A DNA stretch of 64,000 nt from Octopus bimaculoides (Eukaryota): NCBI RefSeq assembly GCF_001194135.2, contig NC_068985.1, positions 30,655,715 to 30,719,714 on the forward strand, read 5' to 3'. A program made the translations under genes and the position numbers. Under the pieces are notes generated by a model. The model searched no databases. It had not been told where the DNA came from and saw only the letters and a program-made list of their open reading frames with translations. Below are positions 1 to 13,495 of the stretch, piece after piece. The first letter of the stretch is position 1, and each line of letters opens with the position of its first letter.

Positions 1-909
1 CTTTCAGGTGTTTTTTTTACGCCAGGCGCAGAGAGAATATATTCTCTTTCGCCTAAAAACCGCAACCGACCCACGAACTAACAACACACATATCTTGTGT
101 ATGTGTTCGATTTTGTTTATATACCTCATTGTGGAGGCGCAATGGCCCAGTGGTTAGGGCAGCGGACTCGCGGTCATAGGATCGCGGTTTCGATTCCCAG
201 ACCGAGCGTTGTGAGTGGAGTGTTTATTGAGCGAAAACACCTAAAAGCTCCACGAGGCTCCGTTAGGGGATGGTGGCGAACCCTGCTGTAATCTTTCACC
301 ACAACTTTCTCTGACTCTTACTTCCTGTTTCTGTTGTGCCTGTAATTCAAAGGATCAGCCTTGTCACACTGTGTCACGCTGAATATCCCCGAAAACTACG
401 TTAAGGGTACACGTGTCTGTGGAGTGCTCAGCCACATGCACGTTAATTTCACGAGCAGACTGTTCAGTTGATCGGATCAACTGGAACCCTCGACGTCGTA
501 AGCGACGGAGTGCCAACACAACATATACCTCATGCTGCTTCTAATTCATATTTGAATTTTTTCCATGGCATGAAACGTTGGGACATGCCGGCAGATGGTT
601 TTTAAACCATTTAGCATATAGTCATAGTCGGCGATATGGCTTGCAGCAGGCCTTGATTAGTACACGGCATTGATAGGTCAAAACAATGACGAAACATTGA
701 TGTCTGTCACTCCGAGAATGGGACCTGATGTAAATTTCTCGCTTTTGACTATGACTTATCTTTGGTGTTTTTTTACGCCAAGCGCAGAAAGAATATATTC
801 TCTTACGCCTAAAAACCGCCGCCGACACATGAACTAACAACATATACCTTGTGTATGTGTGTTCGATTTTGTTCATATACATACCACGAGCTGCTTCTAA
901 TTCATATTT

Positions 910-912
<3 letters not shown>
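1..912. repeat. Tandem duplication (about 350-bp unit); first copy split by the SINE
   Basis: 1-129 plus 534-555 matches 763-911 (GGTGTTTTTTTACGCCA..GCCTAAAAACCGC..GCTGCTTCTAATTCATATTTGA). Confidence 0.8.
130..522 (+). mobile_element. tRNA-derived SINE, young copy
   Basis: A box TGGCCCAGTGG and B box GGTTTCGATTCC; flanked by 11-bp TSD ATATACCTCAT (119-129 and 523-533). Confidence 0.85.
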
Positions 913-950
<38 letters not shown>

Positions 951-951
<1 letters not shown>

Positions 952-1112
952 AACTTCTTTCAGTTTCCGTCAACCAATTTGAAATCCACTCACAAGGCTT
1001 TGGTCGGTTCGAGACTAGAGTCGACACTTGCCCAAAATGTCATGCAGTGGAACTGAATCCAGAGCCATGTGGTTTGGAAGCAAACTTCTCAACTGCAGAA
1101 CCATGCCTGCGC
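951..1112 (-). mobile_element. tRNA-SINE family A, 5' part
   Basis: Reverse complement of the 31545-31700 head (..GGATTTGGTAGACGGAAACTGAAAGAAG). Confidence 0.75.
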
Positions 1113-1160
1113 GTATTTGTTGCTTCTTTTTCCCTATATTTCACATTTCAATTTTTTTTA

Positions 1161-2430
1161 CAGTATGTCCCAGAAAGATTTACCCATGTTTAAGACTCTT
1201 CCTAAAGTATATTGGTTCAGGTAATAGTATCTACATTTTACATAAAGATTTGCGTACGTGTTCATGTGTCTATTGTTTCGTTCGTTTATAACAGGTTTGT
1301 AAACAAATATGGCGTCAAAAGCAAAACGTGACCAGATTGTTGCATTGAAAACAGCAAGAGTGAGCAACAAGGACATAACAAAACAATTGAATGTGTCCCT
1401 TAAAACAGTGTTCGATACCAGGAAACGATATATGGCGCCCGCTATTACATCTAGCAAGCCAATTCCTGGTAGGAAACAATCAATTCGTACCAAATAAACT
1501 GTTGAAGCTGTGAAGAAGCAAGTGAACCGAAATCCCCGCAAACGTGCAAGAAAAACTGCAAAAGCTCTTGATATTTCGAAATCGTCAATGCACAGGATTT
1601 TTAAAGTGGATTTAGAGCTAACTGCATACAAGAAACAATCCCAGCAGTTAATTTCAACAGCTTCCAAGAGGAAAAGGCTCGACAGGGGAAAACCATGTTA
1701 GCTGAGATGATGCGTACCACTAACAAAGTGTTGATCTGGTCCAATAAGAAGATCTTCACCGTGGAGGCAGTTACCAACAGGCAGAATGACTGGAGATTTG
1801 CCCGAAGGTAGCAGGAGTCATTTTTGCTGTCAGAAGCCAGCTTCATTCATGGTGTGGGCCGCAGTTGCATCTGATGGGTCCAAGTTTCCCTTGATCTTCA
1901 TCGATGCTGGCGTCAAGGTCAACAGTGAAGTTTATGTGGAAATGTTGGATGAGAAAGTGTTACCCAGGGTCACAGAAACCTTTGGTGACCGTTACATCTT
2001 CACTCAAGACAGGGCTCCGGCCCACATATCCAATTTGACACAGAAGTGGTACAAAGAGCATTTCAGCAGTTTTTGGGATAAGATGATATTGTCCCTCTCA
2101 AATCCAGACATCAATCCCATGGATTTTGCGATCTCGTCCATCTTAGAGAGTGATGTTTCTGCTCACTCCTATTCAAATGTGTCAGATCTGAAGAAAGCCC
2201 TTCTGCCTTCGTGGATCAAGTTGGATAAATAGGTGGTACGGCGCTCATGCAACTCAATGATCACTAGTTTTCAGGCTATGGCCAAGGCGAAAGGTGGTCA
2301 TTTTGAAAAGTAATTACTGCAATGGATTGACAATTTACATCAGAACGTGTGTGCCAAATTTCATTATCCTACCTTAAGTTTATTTTGAAATTAAGAACTA
2401 TCAGTGGGTAAATCTTTCTGGGATACCCTG
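1161..2430 (+). mobile_element. Tc1/mariner superfamily, maT (DD37D) element with disrupted transposase at about 1309-2312
   Basis: 26-bp TIRs CAG(T/G)(A/G)T(G/A)TCCCAGAAAGATTTACCCA, TA TSD; motifs WSNKKIFTV, FTQDRAPAH, NPDINPMD with 37 aa between D2 and D3; stops and frameshifts. Confidence 0.9.
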
Positions 2431-3221
2431 TATATCTCATCGATACAGCTCATGAGCAACTGGTAAATTTAAGTAAAATGTTGACTTTTTCAAATTACGT
2501 TTAGTAGAAAAAATATAATATAATACGGATGCGATCAGAGATACTTTCATAGATGTATTTATTTACTTACATATTTAACCCCGTTACTCTCTATGAAGCA
2601 CAGCCCATCGACGATTTCTCTCCACTGTTCTCGACTCTTGTTCTCTTTTTTGTTTCTCTCTAGTTGGATCCCTACTTTTTCAGCTTTCCTTTCGAATTTT
2701 GCTGCACAGCGTCATGTTTCTTTGAGGAAAGACCCTCTATTCTTACGTCTTGTTGATTATGAATTGTTATCGATGTTTTTTGTCCTAGATAGCCCTACTG
2801 AAACCCATTTTTATCTCTAGGAAGAAATGGTCCATATTAGTCTGTTTTCTATCCTTTTTCCTGTCTAACATAGCAGACCCTACAGAAAGCTTAAGCTCTG
2901 CTGGTATAGCTCTGTGGGTCTTTGGCACATAAACAACCACACAACATCAAGGACTGAATCTAGTTGTGGTGAGGACGTATCTAGTGGTTCTAAGTATTTT
3001 TCACCTGGACAATTCATTCAAGCTGGGAGATTTTGGTTACGAGGGATGAAATCAAAATCTGTTTGTGCACTAGGAGTATCGTACCACGCAGCATGGCCCC
3101 ATCATGGACGGACAGCATAAAGCTATTTATTGTCGGAAATAGTAACAAACTAGCTCATGCTTTCAACTCCTTATTCAGAGTGATGTCTAGCTTTCATTGT
3201 CATAATTAGAGGATTTTGTTA

Positions 3222-3426
3222 AGCCTGCAGAATCGTTAGTACGTCCGACAAACTGCCTAGCAGCATTTTGTCCGTCTTTATGTTCTGAGTTCAAATTCTG
3301 CCGAGGTTGACCTTGCCTTTCATCCTCTCGGGGTCGTTAAAATAGGTACCAGTTGACCAATGGGGTCGATGTAACCGACTTATACCTCCCCTGAAGTTAC
3401 TGACCTTGTGCCGAAATTTGAAACCA
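3222..3426 (+). mobile_element. SINE family M (GGCAGAATCGTTAG head; GCCTTTCATCCT..GGGGTCG central domain, Meta-SINE-like)
   Basis: Homologous to copies at 12360, 14031, 14283, 50748, 50896 and 51190. Confidence 0.75.
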
Positions 3427-4207
3427 TTATTATAGTATTTTATGGATGTATTATCATCTTTCTTTTCTTACTGTTTAATAACATTATTTACTTTTGGTAT
3501 GGAATGAAGAATTAACCAAGTTAATTCTAACAGCACTTCTATTTCATTTTATTTTCCCAATACATAACTTTGAAAAACTGACTTAAATTCTATGTGTACC
3601 GATGGGATATAAAGATATCAAAGCGTGCAACTACAGAGATTGGGGTTGGAGAGAAGAAACAATATAGAAGAGAATGTGTAAATTTGATTAGATTTGAACC
3701 TACACATTATGCTTTACATTGAAGCTTCAACAGGTGGTGGGAGGAAATATCCTTCTGGAAAAATACAACATACTAAACTTTAACCGGATTACAATTTTCA
3801 TCCTATGCTTTGTATTAAATAGTAAAAAAATTACATCTACTGCGAAAATATAAAAAAAGCATAAACAATTCAACTAAACAGCAGAAAACGAAAGATGATA
3901 CGCTATGCAAATGATGGCAAATCCAATATAATATTTTCCACACAGACATATGTGTGTACAAATGTGTAACGTTTCGTGTTTATAAGCGTCTAAGATGATA
4001 TAATGGTAGATGTCATAGCATGTGCATTGGTGTTTCTGCATATCTACCCCCCCCCCCCNNNNNNNNNNCGCAACACACACACACACAACCTTCCTTTATG
4101 CAATGTATCGAGTACCCGTATGTATTATATATTAAAAAAAAATTATACACGATCCCATGCCATTTTACACGCTCATTGTATATACACGCACAATCACACA
4201 TATATAC

Positions 4208-4241
<34 letters not shown>

Positions 4242-5150
4242 GGGGAGAGAGAGAGAGAGAGAGAAGACAGAGATAGACAGAGACAGAGAGAGGGAGTACG
4301 TACGTATGTATGTATGTATGTATGTATGTATGCGTGTATGTATTTTGATCGTTCGCTAATCGCTGATCTTTTAATTTTTCCTGTTTCTCAGTTATTTTCA
4401 CTTTTGCGCATTAAATATTTTCTAAATACCGTGTGTCCTTTAGTCTTATTTTATTTTCTTTGTTTTTGGCAAAAACAAAATCCCCGTGAATTAGGCATTT
4501 ATTCTGATTTATTTGTCTCAAATGGGTTTTATGAAATACATCTTTACATCTTTCTAAGTAAGAAATGTCAACATGGCAGTTGTTTTAAGCGGCCTATAAC
4601 TAAGGAAACAGGGAATACCATCATCACAACCATCATTATCAACATCATCATCAACAACAACAACAACACAATGAATAATAATAATGATAATCGCTTTATT
4701 TGCAACAAAATGATGGGAAAATACAAGGACAAATTACAAAAATAGTGGAACAGGGTTTACGCAGAATCGATTTGGTAAAAAGGAAAAATTCCCGGTGTAT
4801 TATTTGATCGGATAAGATGTGACATTTAATCTCAATACTATCAGCTTCAGTTTAAATATATCAAAAGGGATTTTTTTTACTGACAATAACTGGAAATTTG
4901 GAATAATCGCTACCGTATACATTATTTCATGTGAGAGTAAGATGGGTGTACTTGAGTGATGATTCGTTATAAATTTGACAAGTGTTTAAACATGCACACA
5001 CATTATAAGAGATAGAAGAGATTAACTGGAAGAATGGTGGTAAGATAAACTCTTGAGATATTTAACACATATACGATAAGATGTCATATGTGTAATAAAA
5101 CGAGTTGAAAAACTTCGATCAAGTGAGATCATCCAATTAGTTAGTAGATA

Positions 5151-5803
5151 TTTCAAAACGGGGGCACCAGTTTTCATTTATGTTTTATGTAGTGTTTTTG
5201 GTACCGAAAGACTTTCAAACTTCGTATACTTATCTATTTTGTGTTATAGAACAGAAAAAAAATTTTGTATTCGAATTTATTTCATGTAAAAAATTGTCTT
5301 ATTTCGATAATTTCTACTAATCACTGACGTCTATTCAGTTGAAAACAGTTAGCGCTGTAACGGTGTATATCGTATTAATCCCCTAACCCTAACCCTAACT
5401 AGACTGTTAACCCTAACCCTAACCCTAATCCTAACCCTAAAACTAACCCTAACTCTAGAATCTGAACTCTAAAATTGTTACACACATAGATACGCACAGC
5501 GTAATTTATTATATAAACAATATATGCGTATAAATTACGATTAAACCGGATGAAATATGTCACAGGGAAGAACATTTTTATGACCGCCCAGCAGTAACTC
5601 TATTCAGCTGAATAGACGTCAGTGATTGGTTGAAATTACAGAAATACGACAACTTTAACATGGAATAACTTGCGATGTACGTTTTTTTGTTAAGAAGACT
5701 AAGAGTAAAAGGTGTTTTATATGACACATTCTACCAGTGTCCCAAGTTTCAAAGTGTTTCGTTAGTGTTTCGTTAAGAAAATACTGGTGCCCCCGTTTTG
5801 AAA
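5151..5803. mobile_element. MITE with 21-bp TIRs (TTTCAAAACGGGGGCACCAGT), TA flanks and an internal (CCCTAA)n tract
   Basis: Perfect inverted termini at about 5151-5171 and 5783-5803; internal inverted motif TCACTGACGTCTATTCAG (about 5321 and 5610); telomere-like tract at 5380-5455. Confidence 0.75.
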
Positions 5804-6728
5804 TAGATCCAACTCCCTCAATAAAGTCGCACGAAGCACCTTTGAATGAAGTATATTCGTGTAAAGTCATATAACACGTTCGAGTACACTCGGACGTGTG
5901 AGGCCCTTTCGTTGCAGAAATCATCTCGGGAGAAAATGTTCCTCCTAGACAAGGTGTGTAAAAACATATAGGGTGGTGTTCGACGTCACTGGATGGTAGG
6001 TCGTATGCGTTTCTGATTTCTTTCACGTTATCAATTACGAACACCAAATCTGCCTTTCATACGCCGAAAAGAACAACCAAAGAAGATAACTAAGGAAACA
6101 TAAACCGAGTGAAATTTTGGAAAAGACGAAGTGAATGAATCCAATTACCCGTACATTTTACATACATTTTAATTGCAATAGCAGTGATAATTCAAACATA
6201 AAACTAGGTTACATTAACCCTTTTTTCATCAATTCCCACCCTTTATTTAGCCAAGAAATTGACTCCCTTTTACCTCATATTTTCTGTAGCCCCATCACTT
6301 GACTGTTCAATTTCAATGTGTGTGTCTACGAGAAATAACTGATGTGACTAACGAAATACTGGTTCGAGTTAAAACTCTACTTTCATTTATAAATTCCTCT
6401 TCTTTCTCTAAGAAAAAATTCTCTTTCTAAGTTTTATTCTCTTCTATTATGGGTAATAATTCTAGCTTAACCTTTCCCCCGCCCAGACCCATACCAGTGG
6501 AGAGCTTCACTATCCTCAGTAAAAATATATCTGCTGCCTTTACCGCTTTCCAAACCCTTCCAACACCAGCAGTTTGTTCGACTGTCCCTTGTTTTGAATG
6601 CTGCAAGGTATTTGGAGGTAAATTAGTGATTAGATACAAAGAAAATTATGTATGACTACTCTTAGTCGTTACATTTACGAAGAAACATTTAAGTGTCCTA
6701 AGAATATTAAAGGCCAGAGGTAAATAGT

Positions 6729-6980
6729 TGTGGAGATCGCTAGCATCTGAATCTGTCCAATAGAAATTGCTGGCATGCGAATCTGTCCAATAGAATCGAA
6801 TGGAAAGTTGTAGATCTCTCTAGAATGTTCTAAAGGCTTACCGCTATACAAGCAGAGGTGGTAGAGGGCGTTTCTCCTTTTGCCATTGTCTTTTCATGTT
6901 ATACACTGTTTGAGCGACAGATAATAAACCTGTCTGGAGTATCACTGTGTTCTTTGCAAGTGAACGAGAGAAGCACAACA
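6729..6980 (+). mobile_element. 5' LTR (about 252 bp, TG...CA) of a Ty3/gypsy element
   Basis: Starts TGTGG and ends ACAACA; AATAAA inside; duplicated ATCTGTCCAATAGAA; followed by PBS-like TGGCGTCGCCG at 6984. Confidence 0.7.
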
Positions 6981-7217
6981 AATTGGCGTCGCCGATAGGA
7001 TAAGAAAGACTGTCCTTGCCGAGTGGACTTTTTATCTTGACGTTGATAATACAATTATTTGAAAGGTAAACAACCAGTTTTGCCCATAAGCTTCTGTCTT
7101 CTGTATTTCTAGTATCAGTTAAATTATTGTTTTGTCAAGAGTTTTACGGAATATGATATGTTATTTTATCTAATATAGTTAGAGTTTTACTGCAAGTTTA
7201 TTTTTACCTTGACAACC

Positions 7218-10200
7218 ATGGCGGAACAAACCGGCGTGCTGACGAAGTTGCTCACACAATTTCAACTTCAGAGGGAACAAATGGAGGTACAAGCACAGCA
7301 GCACAGAGAAGCTGTGGAAGCTTTGAGAAGGCTGATTCAAGTTCAAATTTCTGAAAAGGATTCCTATTCAAGTTCCCGTCTTCCAACTTCTTCAACTGCT
7401 ATCCCACCATTTGCTGCTTTTGATTCAACATCAGAACTGTGGCTTGATTACTGGTCAAAATTCTGAACTTTTGCTATGGCTAACGCCGTGCCTGACCAGC
7501 ACAAGGCTCAAGTTTTCTTGACGAGTCAAACCGCTACCATCTATAAACAACTGGCTAATATGGCTACTCAACAGAATCCGCCCAAGGGTATTAACGAGCT
7601 GACGATGGAGGAAATTGTCAACTTTATGAAAGAACAATTCGACCCAAAACGTTTCATTGTGAGAGAACGTTTCAGTTTCTGGAGTGATATGCAACGGAAG
7701 CCAGGCGAAACTCGCCATGAGCTGGCAGGGCGTATACGTCAAGATGGTGTTACCTTTGACATTCCGTCAATCACAGACCCTCAAGTTGAAGCTCTTAGAC
7801 AGAGATTCATATGTTCTGTCAACAATGAAACTGTCTTGAAGGCTCTTTTCAAGATTAAGGACATAGAGCTGGACTTTTACCGTGCTGTCCAAGTCGCGAT
7901 TGAGACCGAGGACGCGGCAAAGGTTGCCAAGGAAACTGTTTACGGTTCCAAGACCAAGTTTGTCAACAAAGCCAAACAAAAACAGAACAAGGACCAACGA
8001 AAATACCATCAGCAGTCTAATTCCACAGACCCTGTGTTGAAATGTTACCAATGTGTAAAGGCCCATTAAGTGACAGACTGCTCCTACAAAGAATTCAAAT
8101 GCGACTTTCGTGTCAAGAAAGGACATTTGGAAGCTGTGTGTAAGAAGCAACGAGAGCAACGGGAACAGCGTTCCCAACTTTCCGTGGAGAGAATCATGAA
8201 AGTAGAGCTTGTCAAAACAATCCTCGGTGAAGTTTCCGGCGATACTTCCAGGTTAGTTGTACCAATCACAATCCAGAACCGTCAATTCACGATGAAACTG
8301 GACACTGCAACTACAGGAAATTTCGTTTCTTTACTGGTCTGGAAACAACTAGGAAAACTGAAGCTGGATGATGTCAGACTTCGCTACGAGTCTGCCAGCA
8401 AGCACGACCTGCCCGTGCTGGGAACTTTTATGGGCCAAACCAAGGATCCAATGACTGGTAAACAAAACTCAATTCCTTACATAGTCATCAAGATCCCTGA
8501 CCTGAATTTGCTGGGACGAAACTCTATCCAGACACTTGGAATCTCTGAGGACAATGCTCTTGGACTGAGATGCATAGAAGTTCAAGACAAGAGTGAGGTT
8601 GCAAGAGGATTGTATCCTAAGACCTCTAACGAGACTTATACTTTCCTGCAACGACATTGCCACAATCTCTGTAACGAGTTCCCAGATTTTTCAAAGAAGA
8701 ATTGGAATGTTTTAAGTATTTCAAACTGGAAGCGAAGTTCAAGTCTGATGCAAAGCCGGTTTTTCACAAGGCACGACTGGTTCCTTTCGCTCTTCGTGAT
8801 GACCTGGTCAAAGCTTACGAAGAAGGCATGCCAAAGGAGTCTGGTAGCAAGTCCAGTTCAACGAATACGGAACGCCAGTGGTACAGATTCGCAAGGCACA
8901 TAGTCTGGACACCCCGAAGCCCAAGTTGCGGATTTGTGGTAACCACTCAGCTAGCCTCAACGATCAACTAGAGGAACACCGTCATCCAATGCCGCTCCCA
9001 GCAGAACTGATGCAGAAGCTGGGAGGTGGATAGGGTTACACGAAGATTGACCTTGCTGATGCCTACAACCAGATCAAGCTGGCACCAGAGAGTCAATGAA
9101 GGCTAGCCTTCAGCACTCACTGTGGAGTACTCCTGCAGCAACAACTCCCATCTGGAATCAAGTCAGTGCCTGGTTATTTTCAGATCATGGAAGTCCTAAC
9201 CAGTGAGCTGCCTGGAGTTGCCGTCTGCCAAGATGCGGGCAAAATGCCAATGACCACTTGAGCGACCTGAGGCTTTTGCTCTCTCGTCTGAACGACAATG
9301 GACTCAGATGCCGTCGAGAAAATGCCTGTTCGCACAACCCAGGGATCCAAGGTCGAGGTAGTCATGAAGTCATGAAGTTATGAAGATGCCACCTCCTACG
9401 GACGTCTTAAGCTTAAAGTCTTTCTTGGGTTCGGTTCAGTTCTACGGGAAGTTCATCTCAAACCTGGCCACTATGACCGAGCCACTTCACCGCTTAACCA
9501 AGTGGGGAACACGCAGCGTTTGAACATTTGAAAAATGTATTATCCTCAGATCAAGTCCTTGTACATTTCGATCCAGACAAGCCACTAGGACTGGCTTGTG
9601 ACGCGTCAAACTTTGGAATTGGAGCAATCCTGTTTCATCGCTATCCGGATGGAAGCGAGAGCCCAACTGCCAATGTGTCCAAGACTCTCACGTCTACAGA
9701 AAGAAACTACAGCAAAATCCACAAGAAAGCCCTAGCCATTATTTTTGGCTTGCGGAAATTCTACCAGTATCTGTACAGACGTCAGTCCATCTGGTCACTG
9801 ATCATAAACCACTGACGGCACTGTTCGGCCCGAAAAAAGGGACACCACTTTTCGCAGCCAACCGACTAGCTCGATGGGCCCTGTGGCTGAACCAGTTTGA
9901 CTACACAATCGAATACTGGAAAGCAGCGGATGATGGCAATGCAGATGCTATAAGTTGCTTGTCATCTGAAGACGACAACGACTTCGACAGGGAAGAAAGT
10001 GGTAAAGACATGGATATAGTGTGTACCATCAAAGTTCTCAGTCTTCAAGTCAAACCTGTGGACGGCAACATCCTCCGTCAAGAGTCTGGGAAAAGATCCA
10101 GTGATAACTACAATGATGCGCTATGTCCCCGAAGGGTGGCTACCGAAGCACACTGAGATCAACGATGAAGTCGAAAAGTTCTGGAAGTTGTCGGATGCAC

Positions 10201-11340
10201 TCAGTATCTACCATGGATGCTTCATCCATGGATCAAGAGTTGTGATTCCACTGAGCCTCGAGTCTAATATTCTAGATTCACTGCATATCGAACACTTCGG
10301 TATGGAACGCATGAAGCAGTTGGCAAGAACCGCTGTCTACTGACCCGGTATTGATGCAGCTATTGAGATGGTTATTCGACGATGTGACTCGTGCGGCGAA
10401 CATCAAAACAAGCCATCCAAGCTTGCAGTTCACTCATGGATGCTACCAGAGAAGACATGGAGCCGCTTACACGTGGATCATGCCATCAACTTCATGGGTA
10501 TGAACTGGCTGAACACGGTTGCTTTCTAACGGTATCCATGTATTCACCCAAAGTCATCCACATCCATGAAAGCCACTGCTGGATACCCTCACACGCTGGT
10601 CACAGATAATGCATCAACTTTCCTTTCTGAAGAATTTCAGAGCTAGTGCAAAGAACGTGAGATCACACACCTCACAAGAGCACCGTACCATCCAGCTACT
10701 AACGTTTGGTGCAGTCATTCAAGCAAGCACTGAGAAAGTCTTCTCTGCCCACGAAGCGAGCTCTTCAAGAGTTCTTGGTGCAGCACCGGAGAACGTCGAC
10801 ATCCTGTGGATTCTCTCCAAGCGAACTCTTGATGTCCCGGCAGATACGGATTAGAATTAACTTTCTGCTGCCCTCGTCAGCATACATAGCTCAGGGCAAG
10901 CAATCCAAGATGTTATCAAAGGCTGAGATGACTCCAGACTCGGGAGGTGTCGCTAAGGTAACCAGGCAATACAAGGTTGGTGATCCTGTATATGCACTCT
11001 GCTATGGACCTTGCCGTGACAAGCAGCCTCGATGGGTACAAGCAGTCGTCACGAAATCATTGGGTACTCGCTGTTTCAACGTCAAGGTCTTTCCTCATCG
11101 CCCAGTATGGAGACGATACTGGGAACAGTTACATCAGCGCTACGCTTCAGCGGAGAACTGCGAACCTGGAGGTGAGACGGACAATATTTCTGAGCATCCA
11201 ACTGATTATCCAATAGGGATCCTGGAAGATGTGTCACAAACACAGAGACAAACCAGACTACTTCTACCCAAGACCAAACCGCTTGTACCAGAGTATGGAC
11301 AGGACAACTCTAGATGATCCAAGAGAACAGAGAATTTGTT
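7218..11340 (+). mobile_element. Decayed Ty3/gypsy (Mag-like) gag-pol
   Basis: Gag (PPFAAFD..W..Y, ERFSF, CYQC), protease LDTA, RT YTKIDLADAYNQI, RNase H LACDAS..GIGAIL..NYSKIHK.ALAIIFG, integrase LHIEHFG..CDSC and WSRLHVDHA; many stops and frameshifts; no 3' LTR. Confidence 0.9.
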
Positions 11341-12359
11341 GCTGATACAGTGGCTTGATTACTGGTCAAAATTCTGCACTTTTGCTGTAGCTAACGCCGT
11401 GCCTGACCAAAATAGCGATGGAAGAATCAATAAGTAAATGTACAAGATAGTAGATTAGTTGGTGTAGAATATAAAATTCTTGAGAGAAATTTCTCTAATT
11501 AGATCATGATAATACCAATATATGTCGATAGTCGTCTTTTGCGCACACTGAAAGCGTTAAAACTTTGATAGTTTTTCCTCGCCGCAAAATTATTTCTGAT
11601 TATCTTCTTAAAGCTCATTACATCAAAGATTTTAACATTAACTTAACTACTGTTTTTCATGCAGATGGCGTTTCTTAGTTATTTATAACTTTTAAGAGTT
11701 GTTTGGGTGAAAAGTTAGGAGAATCTTTAGAATAAAAGCGTTCCTGTATTTAGCTTCATTTTCTTGTATTTGAATTCCACTCTTTAACTCTTTTAACTCT
11801 TTCCTTTCTTCAGAGACGATAAAACAAGTACCATTAATGTATACCGGAATTTAGCTTATTGTCTAAATAAGATTTTGAACTGCAAATGTTCTGTAAGAAA
11901 TACAAAAGCATAAGAATAGTAAGAATTTTCCTCTGTAAATCTTAATATATTACACATTATATAATGCTGTAATCCTTGGATTAAGATAAATCGTCAGTTA
12001 TAATATCGATGAGTTTATTGCTTTTGTCAGGTAGGATAATCTTGTATGAAACACAATAACATAGTTATTAGATTTAAAAGTAGATTTAAAGATAAGTCTT
12101 CTGGAAAATCTTAATTTACCCCACTGGTACTGGATATATTATATTTAATTACTGTATAAGTACCCGGTCATATAGTTTACCCCACAAAGAAAATAGTTTC
12201 TCTTGCAAAGCAACTCGCTAGTCATCGTACTATAAACTAAGAACTACTTCATCTAGTAACAACTGAATATAGGCTAAAATTCCTGTAAACAGCGTTTATA
12301 AACTGTTTTTGATAACAATACATTATAGTTATTTCACTTGTGACGCTAATAATCCTATC

Positions 12360-12563
12360 TACTATAGGCCCCAAGCCTGAAATTTGAGGGAGGGGGCTAG
12401 TCGACTTCATCGACCCCAGTATTCAACTGATATTTGTTTTATACACCTGGAAATGATGAAAGGCAAAGTCGACTTCGGTGGAATTTGAAATCAGAACGTT
12501 AAGCCAGAAGAAATGTCGCGAAGCATCTTATCCGGCGTGCTAACGATTTTGCCAGCTTGCCGC
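12360..12563 (-). mobile_element. SINE family M
   Basis: Reverse complement of the family M consensus (GATGAAAGGCAAAGTCGAC..CTAACGATTTTGCCAG). Confidence 0.75.
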
Positions 12564-13240
12564 ATTGCTTACAACGTTAATAATAGATAAGATATAAATA
12601 ATAGAAAAGATCTGAACGCCACAACTTCGTTTCACTCTCCTGTGGAGTTAACGAAGCCAATCGACTTCCGATGGATAGCTTTTTTGTAATGAGAGGTCAA
12701 ACCGCTAACGTCGTCTACTTGCACACAGCTAAGACTGGTAAATATTCCATTAATGCCACATGAATATGGGATCAGTAAAGTTTTTGTTAAAATTCTCAGA
12801 GACCGCATGGATCTAGTGAAAATGTTTTAATCGACTTCGCATTGGATCTAGCCAGAGCAGTTTCCACGACGTCAGAAAGAGAATTCAACATTAAATTCAA
12901 ATTTTACAAATATCTTTTGATGAACAACCTGAGATGTTTATCGGAGATTCTACTTGATTAACCCTATAGAATTATTCACAGAATGCCCTATGTTTTTTGT
13001 TTTTTTTCAATCAAATTAAATATCACCGATGTAAAAAACGATTTCTCCTGTAAAGAAACTCGTTTAACAATATGCAACTTCTATATTTCATTAGATTTAT
13101 TTAAACTATAAGATAACTTATCTGCCTAATGGCCTGAAGAGTGGCCCTGATGGCAGACAGAAATAGTTTTTATTGTTTAATGCCAGTCTTGATCAAAAAC
13201 ATTCCAACTGTCATCATTTCGTCTTTTTGTTTATCCAGAA

Positions 13241-13495
13241 TAGTGTTTCTCAACCGTTTTTCTTTACCTGTGAACCCCTTTGATTCCTATTCTACTTGGA
13301 TGGAGCCTTATAACGATCCGATGCTATAAAAAATCCTATTGTATTTTTATGATTAAATATTATCAGGAATTGTATTAAAAATTTGTTAAAATATTTTGTG
13401 TATTGTAAAAGTATAACCAATTTGTTGCCGATAAATTTTAACAAAATCTTATTTGGAAACCCAAAGGTTATATGAAACCCGATTGAGAATCACTT
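13241..13495. mobile_element. hAT (Charlie-type) MITE
   Basis: TIRs TAGTGTTTCTCAACCG / CGATTGAGAATCACTT; 8-bp TSD ATCCAGAA / ATCTAGAA. Confidence 0.7.

Noticed and set aside
5380-5455. True telomere or chromosome-fusion scar
   Set aside because: A short degenerate tract enclosed by MITE TIRs, with no head-to-head TTAGGG/CCCTAA junction.
13130-13165. CTGAAGA...GAAA hammerhead-like string
   Set aside because: Stem II does not pair convincingly and no stem I is evident; a similar degenerate string at about 23660 was also rejected.
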